From: Malacoraja senta
Lineage: Eukaryota
Direction of reading: 5' to 3'
DNA: 64,000 nt
Assembly: GCA_038087875.1 (NCBI GenBank)
Contig: JAXLNO010002302.1
Location: 1-64,000, forward strand
Both the position numbers and the translations under genes were made by a program. Each line of letters opens with the position of its first letter. The stretch's first letter is position 1. Below the pieces are notes generated by a model, which worked only from the letters and a program-made list of their open reading frames with translations, was not told the DNA's origin and searched no databases. Positions 21,861 through 35,230 of this stretch are shown piece after piece.

Positions 21861-23177
21861 GTAGACAAAAATGCGGGAGAAACTCAGTGATTTTGTCCAC
21901 ATTCGCTTTTCCAGCATCGGGAGTTCCTTCTTAAACATAGTGTGTACAGGTGATCAATGGTCGGCCTAATTCTACTCTTATCACTAATGGCCTTATGTCA
22001 AAAATTCAGCCATCTTTTATTACATTGGATTATTTTAATCATTATTCAATGTGCAGGGTTTTACACAACAATTCAATTGGTAGTAAAGTTAAAAGTTCAC
22101 ATTCGGGAGAGCCAGGTGGAGTTCTAGTCTACGTACTGCTGTCTTTTGGGCGAATGTCAGGATGTACAGACGTGTCTGCAAACATAGGTACAGAATTCGG
22201 CCATTTGCTCCATCGAGTCTACTCCGCCATTCAATCATGGATGATCTATCTTTCCCACTCAATCCCATTCTCCTGCCTTCTTCCCACAACTTTTGACACC
22301 CTGAGTAAACCTGTCAATCTCCAATTTAAAAATATCCATTGACTTGGCCTCCACAGCCGTCTGTGGCAATGAATTCCACAGATTCATCACCCTGTGACTA
22401 AAGAAATTGCTCCTCAAGCGGTCAAGTTAGAAAGGACATTGGTGGGGTGTGGTGATGCTGTAGGGTCAAGGTGATGAGATTTGTACATCTCCAACTGGTG
22501 AACACCCTATCTGGCCCTGAAAAGCTAAACAATGATTATTGGGCGTCATTCCATCAGAATAACAATATTGATATAACGATTATCCTAAATTTTTATATTA
22601 TCCTTCTACCGCGTGTCCACAGTTCAATACTTGTAATCATTTAACTGTTTTTATATCCCCATTGCTCAATGGTTCAATGGTACTTCATTGTCTCATGTAC
22701 ATGGGTACAGTGACATTTCCTTTGCATACAATTCAGTAAAAATCTTACTTTATCTTACTTTATATAAGCACAGCCGAAGCTAAGAACAAGAGTATTAACA
22801 GCAGATTATATGATACAGTACACAAGAGTTGCCAGATTTCTGGCAGTATCTTATATTCTTAAAGATCAAATTGGTAAAAAAAGTAGTCTTATTTTGGGCT
22901 TAAAGGCCCGCTGTCGTGGAGACGGGACTGGGTGGGAGTTGCAGGGTTCGGCCTGGCCTGGCGATGTTGTCGATGCCTCCACCGCCGCTCTGTGCCGCTA
23001 CAGGACGTGTCCGATCCGCGCGCTCGTCCCCGACCTCTGTGGGGCCTCCAGCGGAACCCGATCCACCGGCTGCTGCTGGGCCTCCAGCAGCCCACTCGCA
23101 CTCCGCCCACACCTCGACCAACCAACCCTCGCCTCCCACGGCCGTCTCCATGCGAGGTGAGGCCCCACCCAGCCAGC

Positions 23178-23247
23178 TCATCGGCACTGTTCCTCTCCTC
23201 CCTCCACCGCTGCCGACCCCATCTCCAAGGTCTCGGCTGTTTTTTTC
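23178..23247 (-). CDS. Terminal (cytoplasmic tail) exon, minus-strand receptor copy
   Basis: TTATTCAAG|G then KKTAETLEMGSAAVEGGEEQCR*, with the same phase and stop position as 61900-61969. Confidence 0.55.
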
Positions 23248-23313
23248 CTTGAATAACAATTAAAACACAATTTATAATCTCTTCCATCAAATTTTATCCC
23301 AGGAAATGTCCCA

Positions 23314-23590
23314 GGGTGGCACAGTGGCGCAGCGGTAGAGTTGCTGCCTTACAGCGCCAGAGACCAGGGTTTGATCATGACTACGGGTGCTGTCTGTACG
23401 GAGTTTGTATGTTCTGTCTGTGACACCGTTGGTTTTCTCCAGGTGCTTCGGTTTCCTCCCACAATCCAAAGACGTTTAGTTTTGTAGGTTAATTGGCCTC
23501 TGTATAATTGTAAATTGTCCCTCGTGTGTAGGATAGTGCGAGTGTACGGGGTGATCATTGGTCGGCACGGACTTGGTTGGCTGTAGGGCC
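23314..23590 (+). mobile_element. HE1/V-SINE-like SINE
   Basis: GGTGGCACAGTGGCGCAGCGGTAGAGTTGCTGCC head; mirrored at 61565-61838. Confidence 0.8.
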
Positions 23591-23592
23591 TA

Positions 23593-25181
23593 CATTGCCC
23601 TCCATAATGTTTGGGACAAAGACCCATCATTTATTTTATTTGCCCCTGTACCCCACAATTTGAGATTTGTAATAGAAAAAAATCACATGTGGTTAATGTG
23701 CACATTGTCAGATTTTAGGAAAGGCCATGTTTATATATTTTGGTTTCACCATGTAGAAATTATAGCAGTGTTTATACATAGTACCCCCATTTCAGGGCAC
23801 CATAATGTTTGGGACACAGCAATGTCATGTAAATGAAAGTAGTCATGTTTAGTATTTTGTTGCATATCCTTTGCATGCAATGACTGCTTGAAGTCTGCGA
23901 TTCATGGACATCATCAGTTGCTGGGTGTCTTCTCTGGTGATGCTCTGCCAGGCTTGTATTGCAGCCATCTTTAGATTATGCTTGTTTTGGGGGAGAGTCA
24001 CCTTCAGTTTTCTCTTCAGCATCTTAACGGCATGCTCAATTGGGTTCAGAATGACTTGGCCACTCAAGAATTGACCATATTTTAGCTTTGACAAATTCCT
24101 TTGTTGCTTTTGCAATATGTTTGGAATCATTGTCTTGCTGCAGAATGAACTGTCGGCCTATGGGTTTTGATGCATTTGACGGTACTGACACACTTATCAA
24201 TGAAGATAAGTGAGTCAGTACCTTCAGCAGCCATACATGCCCAGGCCATAACACCCCCACCACCGTGTTTCACAGATGAGGTGGTATGCTTTGGATCTTG
24301 GGCAGTTCCTCCTCTTCTCCATACTTTGCTCATGCCATTAATCTGATATAAGTTAATCTTCGTCTCATCTGTCCACAAGATCGTTTTCCATAACTGTGGT
24401 TGCTCTATTAAGTACTTTGTGGCAAACTGTAACCGGGCCATCCTATTTTTGTGGCCAACCAGTGGTTTGCATCTTGCAGTGGAGCCTCTGTATTTCTGTT
24501 CATGAAGTTTTCTGTGGACAGTGGTCATTGACAAATCCACACCTGACTCCTGAAGAGTGTTTCTGATCTGTCGGACAGGCGTTTGTTTTTTTTCTCTATT
24601 ATAGAGAGAATTCTTCTGTCATCAGCTGTGGGGGTCTTCCTTGGCCTGCCACTCCCTTTGCGATTAGCAAGCTCACCAGTACTATCTTTCTTCATAATGA
24701 TGTTCCAATCAGTTGATTTTGGTAAGCCTAATGTTTGGCTGACGTTTCTCACAGTTTTATTCTTGTTTCTCAGTCTCATAATGGCTTCTTTGACTTTCAT
24801 TGGCACAACTTTGGTCCTCATGTTGATAAACAGCAATAAAAGTTTCCAAAGGTGATGGAAAGACTGGAGGAAAGACTAGGTGCTCAGAGCTTTCTTATAC
24901 CTGCATTAAGGAGGCAATTAAACACACCTGAGCAATTACAAGCGCCTGTGAAGCCATGTGTCCCAAACATTACGGTGCCCTGAAATGGGAGTCTATGTAT
25001 AAACACAGCTGTAATTTCTACATGGTGAAACCAAGATGTATAAAAATACCCTTTAATAAAATCTGACAATGTGCACTTTAACCACATGTGATTTTTTTTC
25101 TATTACAAATCTCAAATTGTGGAATACAGAGGCAAATAAATAAATGAAGGGTCTTTGTCCCAAACATTATGGAGGGCACTG
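23593..25181 (-). mobile_element. Tc1/mariner IR/DR-type transposon with a decayed transposase
   Basis: TA flanks; about 230-bp TIRs CAGTGCCCTCCATAATGTTTGGGAC with inner direct repeats; ORF pieces WTDETK, KHGGGGVMAWACM, QQDND, LNPIEH. Confidence 0.9.
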
Positions 25182-25279
25182 TATGTCCACACTTTATCAC
25201 CATAATTCTAAAGTAAATTCCCATCATTTCCAATTGAATTTAATGTGAACACCAGAGTGAAGAGATTGCAAACATTTAC

Positions 25280-25387
25280 CTTTTAAAAGTTGTCACACAG
25301 CTGATGGAAACTGGGAAGAGAAGCAGAACTCCAAAGAGTACCCAGCGTAACACACCCCAAACACGGCGAACATTCAACACGATGTCC
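25280..25387 (-). CDS. Transmembrane exon, minus-strand receptor copy
   Basis: TTTCCAG|G...AAAAG|GTAAA, 108 nt, reading RDIVLNVRRVWGVLRWVLFGVLLLFPVSISCVTTFK. Confidence 0.8.
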
Positions 25388-26393
25388 CTGGAAATCCAAG
25401 GAAATATTATTACTTCCACACAGAGTTATCACAGATCAACGCTGGGAATTTTTTTTCATCATATTGCACATGGAATCATTCAGTGTGATCCAAGGTTGTG
25501 GCGTAGACATTGGTGAGATGTTTATATCGCAACATGCACCCATTCCTTGGAGGTGTTCCATGACTACATACTTTAACAACTTAGATGTTCATGTTGGTGG
25601 TCAGACATAGAGCACGAAAGCATGTCCTTTGACCCAATTACACCACGCCGACCAAGATGCCTTTATCTACACGTCCCATCTGCCGGCCTTAGATGTTAAT
25701 GTTGGAAGTATGATTAACGAGTTTACAGATTACACCAAAATTTTATCATTTTGGATAGTACGATAATCATAGACCACAGAGGGATAAGAACCAACTGGTA
25801 TGTTGGGCAGAGCAATGCCAGCAGGTATTGAACCGTGATAAGTGTGAAGTTATTTGTTTTTGGTATGAAATAAGGGTAGACATTCACAATGGTAGGGCCA
25901 CTGGGTGTACTAAGGACAGAGTGACTTTAGTCAAGGCCAAGGAGTATTATCAATGGACTGGAATGTGATCAGCCATGCTTTCTCAAAGTACTGGGACTGA
26001 TTTTACAGACAACAGGATACGTTTCCCCTCTACTGAAACTTTCACAACTGAGAAAGGTGGTGGATAGTCACAAAATGCTAGAGTAACTCAGCGGGTCAGG
26101 CAGCAGGAATGCTGCCTTGTCCCGATGTAGCAAAGGCCACCTGGTCTGTACTCTTCCAGGACAGCACCAGGAGAGGAAGATCAGGCTGTGGAGATTCGAA
26201 CAAAGATGATATTTGACCAATGTGTGAGGTAGGGAATATCTGCTGTGATATAGTAAGTAACAATAACCCACGGCGATCGCCAGTAAACTCGCTGATTGTA
26301 TTTATCCTTCTTGTTAATCATGGGCTGCTTGCTTCAGCCGTTAACACTGTGGTGAAGCTGTGCAAGGCTGTGTTGGTATTTTGAGTCACTGAC

Positions 26394-26468
26394 CTGTATC
26401 GAGGCGATGAGCCCGGAATCTCAGTGGATTTTGCTTCCCTGGTGGTCGATGCTTCCGGAGGCAGAGTG
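26394..26468 (-). pseudogene. 3' half of the stalk exon, split by a CR1 (5' half at about 28582-28634)
   Basis: TLPPEASTTREAKSTEIPGSSPRY-AG|GTCAGT; the 5' half reads MITTTSGTLRTRDSTT. Confidence 0.65.
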
Positions 26469-26470
26469 TT

Positions 26471-28581
26471 TAGAAACATAGAAACATAGAAACATGGAAA
26501 ATTGGTGCATGCGGTGGCCATTTGGCCCTTTGAGCCAGCACCGCTATTCATTGTGATCATGGCTGATTGTCCCCAATCAATAATCAGTGCCTGCCTTCTC
26601 CCCATATCCCTTGATTCCACTAGCCCCTAGAACTCTATCTAACTCTCTTAAATCCATCCAGTAATTGGCCTCCACTGCCCTCTGTGGCAGGGAATTCCAC
26701 AAATTCACAACTCTCTGGGTGAAAAAGTTTTTTCTCACAGTCTTAAATGGCCTCCCCTTTATTCTAAGACTGTGGCCCCTGGTTCTGGACTCACCCATCA
26801 TTGGGAACATTTTTCCTTCATCTACCTTGTCCAGTCCTTTTATAATGTTATATGTTTCTATAAGATCCCCCCTCATCCTTCTAAACTCCAGTGAATACAA
26901 GCCTAGTCTTTTCAATCTTTCCTCATATGACAGTCCCGCCATCCTAGGGATCAATCTTGCGAACCTACGCTGCACTGCCTCAATCACAAGGATGTCCTTC
27001 CTCAAATTAGGAGACCAAAACTGTACGCAATACTCCAGATGTGGTCTTACCAGAGCCTTATACAACTGCAGAAGAACCTCTCTACTCCTATACTGAAATC
27101 CTCTTGTTATAAAGGCCAACATTCCATTAGCATTCTTCACTGCCTGCTGTACCTATACGCCAACTTTCAGAGACCGGTGTCCCCCTTACCTAGCCTAACC
27201 CCATTGAGATAATAATCTGCCCCCTTGTTTTTGCCACCAAAGTGGATAACCTCAAATGTATCTATATTATACTGCATCTGCCACGCATCTGCCCACTCAT
27301 TCAACCTATCCAGGTCACCCTGCAACCTCCTAACATCCTCTTCACAGTTCACACTGCCACCCAGCTTTGTGTCATCAGCAAACTTGCTAGTGTTGCTCCT
27401 AATTCCCTCTTCCAATCATTAATATATTTTCGTAAACAGTTGCGGCCCCAACATCGAGCCTTGCGGCACCACTCGCCACTGCCTGCCATTCTGAAAAGGA
27501 CCCGTTCACTCCTACTCTTTGCTTCCTGTCTGTCAACCAATTTTCTATCCACGTCAACACCCTACCCCCAATAGCATTTGCTCCAATTTTAGTCACCAGT
27601 CTCCCGTGCGGGACCTTATCAAAGGCTTTCTGAAAGTCTAGATACACTACATCCACTGGCTCTCCTTCATCCATTTTATTTGTCCCACCCTCAAAAAATC
27701 CCAGAAGATTAGTCAAGCATGATTTTCCTTTCATAAATCCATGCTGACTTGGACTAATCCTTTTACTGCTATACAAATGCCCCATTATTACATCTTTAAT
27801 AATTGACTCCAGCATCTTTCCCACCACCAAAGTCAGGCTAACTGGTCTGTAATTCCCCGTTTTCTCTCACGCTCCTTTCTTCAAAAGTGGGATAGCATTA
27901 GCTATCCTCCAATCCACAGGAACTGATCCTGAATCTATTGAACAGTGGAAAATGGTCACCAATGCGTCCACTATTTCTAGAGCCACCTCCCTGAGGACCC
28001 TGGGATGCAGTCCATCAGGCCCAGGGGATTTATCATCCTTCAGTCCCACTAGCCTACCGAATAATATTTCTCGCCGAATGAAAACTTCTCTCAGTTCCTC
28101 GACCCCCATTACATCCTCTGTCCTCCAGTATTCTGGGAGAATGTTTGTGTCTTCCTTAAGCAGATCCGAAATACCTGTTCAACTCTTCTGCCATTTCCTT
28201 GTTCCCCATAATAATTTCTCACGTGTCTGCCTTCACGGGAGCCACATTTGACTTTGCTATTCATTTTCCCTTAACCTATCAGGAGAAGCTTTTACTGTCC
28301 TTCTTTATATTCCTGGCCAGCTTCCGTTCGTACTTCATCTTTTCAGCCCGTATTGCCCGTTTTGTTTCCTTCTATTGTCGTACGAAACTTGTTTCCCAAT
28401 CCTCTAGCTTCCAGCTACTCTTTGCTGTGTTACACATCTTTTCTTTTAGTTTTATTCTATCCCTAACTTCTCTTGTCAGCCATGGTTGCCTCCTACTCCC
28501 CTTAGAATCTTTCTTCCTTTTTGGAATGAAATGATCCTGAGTCTTCCGGATTATGCTTAGAAATTCCTGCCATTGCTATTT
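26471..28581 (-). mobile_element. 5'-truncated CR1 LINE inserted in the stalk exon
   Basis: Minus-strand ORF pieces [23 protein letters not shown] and VRPHLEYCVQFWSP, with a (CTATGTTT)n tail at 26471. Confidence 0.9.
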
Positions 28582-28989
28582 GGTTGTGGTGGAATCCCTT
28601 GTTCTTAATGTTCCTGAGGTGGTGGTGATCATATTTTAATTTACTATAGTTTAGTTTTGAGATATTGACACACACGTGACGCGCAAATGACACCCAAGTG
28701 GGACAGGCCCTTTACGTACCTGTACATCTTTGGAGTGTGTGAGGATAGATTTCAGAGAAAACCAACGCGGTCACGGGGATAACGTACAGCACCCGTAATC
28801 GGGATCGAACCCGTATCTCCGGCGCTACTAGCGCTGTAAGGCAGCAACTTTACCGCTGCACCGACGTGGACGCCCCCCCCCCCCCCCGTCAAATTGGTGA
28901 GGATATCTGGGCGGCATGTTTGAGACCCTTGTGAAGATAAAGTGAATGATGATAAATCCCCTGGGCCAGATGGTCGCAAGCATTTCTAG

Positions 28990-29620
28990 GTTTCATTCGT
29001 GCCGTTCAGAGACCCACAGGTTGTGTTGCTTGCCTGATGCCAGAATTAAGTATGTCCCTTCTGGGCTGCAGAAGAACCTGGAGTAGGAGGGTGATCTCCC
29101 ATGGTCCACATCAGTTCCAACCACACAGGTCGGACAGGGAAGGACATTTTGCTGGAGGATTATGAGGAGCTCGGGGCAAGGCATAACCACAAGAATGATA
29201 ATCGCCAGATTGTTACCTGAGCCTTGTGCAAATTGCTAAAAAATAAATAGAAGCAGAGAGGTCAAGCAGTGCTCAAAGCATCACGTGATATACATGGATT
29301 CCAATTCCTGGGACAACACACATCAATGCAGGAGATGTAGGAGAAGGTTAAATTGAAGAATAGGGCACACAAAGTGACGAGGATTACACAACAGGCAAGT
29401 ATTGAGGATCTAGCAGCGAAAGATTAAAAAAGCCCATAAAGGGGACGATTGGTTTTACGAGAAAAATTGAGTGTCACATCTAAGGAGAGAGTGGGATGTT
29501 CTTTGGATATATAAATGGGAAGAAGTCGGCTAAGATATGCGTGGGTCCTCCAGAGAATGATGCTGATGCATTTATATCAAGAAAGAAGGAGAAGACAGAT
29601 ATGTTAACTCAATTGCAGAA
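28990..29620 (+). mobile_element. Old CR1 ORF1/ORF2 remnant (duplicated at about 31950-32560)
   Basis: LCCLPDARIKYV resembles VCCLPGARV, and FFGYINGKKSAKICVGP resembles FYRYVKRKR...VG. Confidence 0.55.
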
Positions 29621-30484
29621 ACAAAGATGGGTACAAAGTGCTGGAGTAAGTCAAAGGGTCAGGCAGCATCTCTGGAGAACATGGACAGACACAAAGTGCT
29701 GGAGTAACTCAGCGGACCAGGCAGAATCGCTGGAGAAAATGGATAGGTGAACTTTTCCGGTCGGGACCCTTCTCGGTCTCTCGGTTGCCAACCCTGTCCA
29801 TGTCCCTTCCCATTCACACACTGACCTTTCTGTCCTGGGCCTCCTCCATTGTCAGAGCGAGGCCACACGCAAAGGAGGAACTGCACCTCATATTACGCTC
29901 AGGTAGTTTGCAACCCAACGTTTTAAACTTTGAATTCTCTAATTTTAAGTATCTTCTACTAACCTGCCCCCTCCACTGCCCCCCTAGGCCCATTTCTCGG
30001 CCCTGGTGGGTGAGGGGCCGATTTACCCCCACCTGCCCCAGTGAGGGGGCGGCAGAGGTTTTAGTCACGGGGCGATCGTCTTTGTGGAAATGAGCCTCAG
30101 CAGCAGAACCGCTGGTGTTTGCTCGCAGAAATCTGTGATGTATGACTGCTTATCAGTACATTGACCTGTTTGTATGTTGAGCCACGCCAAAGAAGATTTT
30201 CTGTTACGACAGACAATAAAGTTTTCTGAATCTGAATCTGAATCTGAATCTAGCTGGGACCTTCCGTGGGGCTGGTGTCTGACAGCCCCCCCCCCCCCCA
30301 TACTGCTACCGGGACAGGGGGCTCTTGGTGTGGCCCCACGGGCCTGGACCCCAGTGAAGGAGGTTGCCCCCCCCCAACACCCCGACCCCGGGGATGTGGC
30401 ACCGATTCCACGTCAGGCCCGAGGCCGGAATTCCCAGGCTGGAATGTTCACATCTGGGAGAGTGGGGAGAGATCGTCAACGTAC

Positions 30485-30808
30485 CTTCAGAAACCTTCAA
30501 TGAGATGGGGGCCGATTCAATGGGTGAATATTTTTCCGTTACTATCAACCACCAGTAGCGTCCTTCATCATTCTTCTCCAGGTTGTCGATGGTTACTGAA
30601 ACTATCCGTTGTGTTTTGTTATCAGTTATCGATGTTCTCCCTTGTCGTGGGAGATCAGTAGAAACCACAGTATAAGATGTCGAGTAATCATAACCCTTAC
30701 TCCAACGTTTCCTGTAGTCACTGTATTCCCGACCATACCGACATTCCACAGTGACCGACTGCCCCAACTCTCCCCTCACCTCCTCGGCTCCAGTTATTCC
30801 CCTAGACC
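30485..30808 (-). pseudogene. V-type Ig exon (CD300/pIgR-like), copy B, probably non-functional
   Basis: 324 nt, phase 1-1, reading GELGQSVTVECRY...DEGRYWWLIV. The F-strand Cys is replaced by Trp and the acceptor is CACGG rather than CACAG. Confidence 0.8.
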
Positions 30809-32811
30809 CCGTGGGAACATTAATGATGAAAGATCACTCACACTGCAGCAAAACAAGCTCAGTTTTAACAATAAAAAAACATGTAATTTGTGCTGTTCAG
30901 ACAGGTTCATGGTTTCGCATAGATCATGTGCAGCAAGGAACTGCAGGTGCTGGTTTACACCAAAGACAGGCAGCATTCCTGGAGAAACCATCGGGTGACA
31001 TTCCCTCACCCATTCCTTCTCTCCAGAGATGCTGCCCGTCCCGCTGAGTTACTCCAGCATTTTGTGTCTCTCTTCATTTGCATAGATCCTGTTGCACTTT
31101 AATGCTTTTCCCGCTGGTGTTAATTCCCATTTCGCCGGGATTGTTGCCCAAGTTCCAGTGAAAGCAGAACTGCTTCTGAATCTATCTGGCGCTCAGATCC
31201 TCCTTCCCTGTGGGCGTGGCTCCACGTCCCACCGCCATGTCTCGTTTATTCTATCCCTAACTTCTCATGTCAGCCACGGTTGCCTCCTACTCCCCTTAGA
31301 TTCTTTCTTCCTTTTTGGAATGAAATGATCCTGAGTCTTCCGGATTATGCCCACAAATTCCTGCCATTGCTGTTCGGTTGTGGTGGAATCCCTTGTTCGT
31401 ATTGTTCCTGAGGTGGTGGTGATCATATTTTACTTTACTTTAGTTTAGATTTGAGAGATTGACACATACGTGTCGCGCAAATGACACCCAAGTGGGACAG
31501 GCCCTTAACGTACCTGTACATCTTTGGAGTGTTTGAGGAAACCAAAGATTTCAGATCACGGGGATAACGTACAGCACCCGTGGTCGGGATCGAACCCGGA
31601 TCTCCGGCGCTACCAGTGCTGTAAGGCAGCAACTTTACCGCTGCCCCCCCCCCCCACCACCACATGGGTGGCATGTTTGAGACCCTTGTGAAGATAAAGT
31701 GAATGGTCTTTGAACATTAAATGTTTAAATGCACGTTCTGTGCCACTTTAGTGATGTGTGGGAGATGCTTCAGTTGGGAGCGCTCTTGCTCTGTGTTGGG
31801 AGATTCTTGTTTCGAATCCCAATGCAGAGATTTGAGCAAGAATCTTTCCGAGGCCACCATAGATGTACCAATCCACTTGATCTAGACAAGAGGCTCGCCC
31901 ATTGAGATGCCGGCAGATGGTCGCTAGCACTTCTTGGTTTCTTTAATGCCGTTCAGAGTCCCACAGGTTGTGTTGCTTGCCTGATGCCAGCATTAAGTAT
32001 GTCCGTTCTAGGCTGCAGAAGAACCTAGGGTAGGAGGGTGATCTCCCATGGTCCACATCAGTTCCAACCACACAGGTCGGACAGGGAAGGACATTTTGCT
32101 GGAGGATTATGAGGAACTCGGGGCAAGGCAGAACCACAAGAATGAGAATCGCCAGATTGTTAACCGAGCTTTGTGCAAATTGCTAAAAAGTAAATAGAAG
32201 CAGAGAGGTTAAGCAGTGCTCAAAGCATCTCGTGATATACCTGGATTCCTATTCCTGGGACAACCTCGTCAATGCAGGAGATGTAGGAGAAGGTTACATT
32301 GAAGAATAGGGCACGTAAAGTGACGAGGATTACACCACTGGCAAGTATTGAGGATTTAGCAGCGAAAGATTAAAAAACCCATAAAGGGGACGATTGGTTT
32401 TGAGAGAAAAATTGAGTGTCACGTCTAAGGAAAGAGTGGGATGTTGTTTGGATATATAAATGGGAAGAAAACGGCTAAGATATGCGCGGGTCGTCCAGAG
32501 AATGACGCTGGTGCATTTATATCAAGAAAGAAGAAGACAGATATGATAACACAATTGTAGAAACAAAGATGGGCACAAGGTGCTGGAGTAACTCAAAGGG
32601 TCAGGCAGAATCGCTGGAGAAAATGGATAGGTGTCCTTTTCGGGTCGGGACCCTTCTTGATCTCCCGGTTGCCAACCCTGTCCACGTCCCTTCCCATTCC
32701 CTCAAGGTCCTTTCTGTCCTGGGCCTCCTCCATTGCCAGAGTGAAGCCACACGCAAATTGGAGGAACTGCACCTCATATTACGCTCAGGTAGTTTACAAC
32801 CCAACGGTTTA

Positions 32812-33363
32812 GAAACATAGAAACATAGAAAATAGGTGCAGGAGTAGGCCATTCGGCCCCGAGCCTGCACCGCCATTCAATATGATCATGGCTGATCATC
32901 CAACTCAGTATCCTGTACCTGCCTTCTCTCCATACCACCTGATCCCTTTAGCCACAAGGGCCACTTCTAACTCCCTCTTAAATATAGCCAATGAACTGGC
33001 CTCAACTACCTTCTGTGGCAGTGAATTCCAGAGATACACCACACTCTGTGTGAAAAATGTTTTTCTCATCTCGGTCCTAAAAGATTTCCCCCTTATCCTT
33101 AAACTGTGACCCCTTGTCCTGGACTTCCCCAACATCGGGAACAATCTTCCTGCATCTAGCCTGTCCAACCCCTTAAGAATTGTGTACGGTTCTATAAGAT
33201 CCCCCCTCAGTGTTCTAAATTCTAGCGAGTACAAGCCGAGTCTATCCAGTCTTTCTTCAGATGAAAGTCCTGACATCCCAGGAATCAGTCTGGTGAACCT
33301 TCTCTGTACTCCCTCTATGGCAAGAATGTCTTTCCTCAGATTTGGAGACCAAAACTGTACGCA
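32812..33363 (-). mobile_element. CR1 3' fragment present in only one tandem unit
   Basis: ORF 32905-33276 and an (AGAAACAT)n tail; it interrupts a Penelope fragment that is continuous at about 29900. Confidence 0.85.
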
Positions 33364-33751
33364 GTTTAAACTTTGAATTCTCTAGTTTTAAGTATCTTCT
33401 CCTAACCTGCCCACTCCCCTCCCCCCTTGACTCCTTTCTCCACCCTGGTGGGCGAGGGGCCGGTTTCCCCCCACCTGCCCCAGTGAGGGGGCGGCAGAGG
33501 TTCTGGTCCCGGAGCGACCGTCTTTGGGGAAATAAGCCGTCAGCAGCCGAACCGCCGGTAGCAGCGACCTTCCGTGGGGCTGGTGTCTGACAGTCCCCCC
33601 CCCCACCCACGGGCTGGGACCCCAGTAAATGAGCCCCCCCCTCACCCCGACCCCCGGGGATGTGGCACCGAGTCACCGTCAAGACCGAGGCCGGACATTT
33701 CCAGTTTGGAATTTTCACATCTGGGAGAGTGAGGAGAGATCGTCAACGTAC

Positions 33752-34071
33752 CTTCAGAAACCTTCAATAAGATGGGGGTCGATTCAATGGGTAAATGTTT
33801 TCCCTTTTCTATCTGACACCAGTATCTTCGTCACTCTTCTCCAGGTTGTCGATGGTTACTGAAACTATCCGTTGTATTTTGTTATCAGTCATCGATGTTC
33901 TCCCTTGTCGTGGGCGATCAGTAGAAGCCACGGTCTCAGGTGACCATAAATCATAACCTTTAAGCCATCGTTTCCTGTTGTCACTGTCTTCCCGACCATA
34001 CGGACATTCCAAAATGACCGACTGCCCCAACTCTCCCCTCACCTCCTCGGCTCCAGTTATTCCCCTTGACC
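33752..34071 (-). pseudogene. V-type Ig exon (CD300/pIgR-like), copy A, 4-bp deletion frameshift
   Basis: 320 nt against 324 nt; GAAGATACTGGTGT against GAAGGATACTACTGGTGT; splice sites intact. Confidence 0.85.
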
Positions 34072-34936
34072 CTGTTGGCACATTAATGATGAAAGATCAC
34101 TCACACTGCAGCAACACAAGCTGAGGTTTAACAATAAAAAACATGTCATTTGTGCTGTTCAGACAGGTTCATGGTTTCGCATAGATCATGTGTAGCAAGG
34201 AACTGCAGGTGCTGGTTTACACCAAAGATAGACACAAAGAGCTGGAGTAACTCAGCGGGACAGGCAGCATCTCTGGAGAAACTGATGAGTGATGTTTCCT
34301 CACCCATTCCTTTTCTCCAGAAATGCTGCCTGTCCCGCTGAGTTACTCCAGCATTTTGATTCTCTCTGTTCTTTTGCATAGATCCTGTTGCACTTTCATG
34401 CTTTTCCCGCTGGTGTTAATTCCCATTTCACCGGGATTGTTCCCCAAGTTCCAGTGAAAGTAGAAGTGCTTCTGAATCTCCCTGGCGCCCAGATCCTCCT
34501 TCCCTGCGGGCGTGGTTTGACCTGAGTGGTGGTCATGTGACAGGAAGCCAACCTGTCACTCACACTGACCCACCCTGAGTTCAATCTCACTACAACCCAC
34601 TTCCCCATTGAACTGATAGAAACAAGGAACTGCAGATGCTGGTTAATACATAAAAGGACACAAAGTGCTGGAGTAACTCAACGGGTCAGGAGCTATCTCT
34701 GGAGAAAGTGGAACTCTGTGGGTGAAAAGGTTTTTCCTCATCTGAGTCCTAAATGGCCTACCCCTTATTCAGGTCTCAACCATAAACGTCACCTATCCAT
34801 GTTCTCCAGAGATGCTGCCTGATCTCCTGATTTACTCCAGCACTTTGTGCTTTACTAAAGCTGAATAGCCTGTGATGGCTCAGCAGGTCAGGCAACATCG
34901 CTGGAGAACTTGGATATGTAATGTTACAGGTAGAGA

Positions 34937-35230
34937 CATGGTGGCACAGCGGTAGAGTTGCTGCCTTACAGCGCCAGAGACCCATGTTTCATCCTGACCT
35001 CGGGTGCTGTCTGTAAGGAGTTTGCACGTTCTCCCCGTGACAGCGTGGGCTTTCTCCAGGTGCTCCAGATTCCTCCCACACTCCAAAGATGTGCAGGTTT
35101 GTATGTTAATTGGCTTTAGTTAAAATTGTAATTTGTTCGACGTGTGTTGGATAGTGTTACTGTGCCGTGTGATCGCTGGTCGGTGTGGACTTGATGGGCC
35201 AATGGGTCTGTTTCCGTGCTGTATCTCTAA
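34937..35230 (+). mobile_element. HE1/V-SINE-like SINE
   Basis: tRNA-like head plus V-domain; mirrored at 50010-50310. Confidence 0.8.

Larger units (their letters stand above)
28440..34400. repeat. Tandem duplication (units about 28440-31244 and 31245-34400), each with one Ig exon
   Basis: CR1 piece, SINE, old CR1, Penelope fragment, Ig exon and intron repeat in the same order. Confidence 0.85.

Noticed and set aside
23849-24836. Active Tc1 transposase
   Set aside because: It is split over several frames by stops and frameshifts in both copies.
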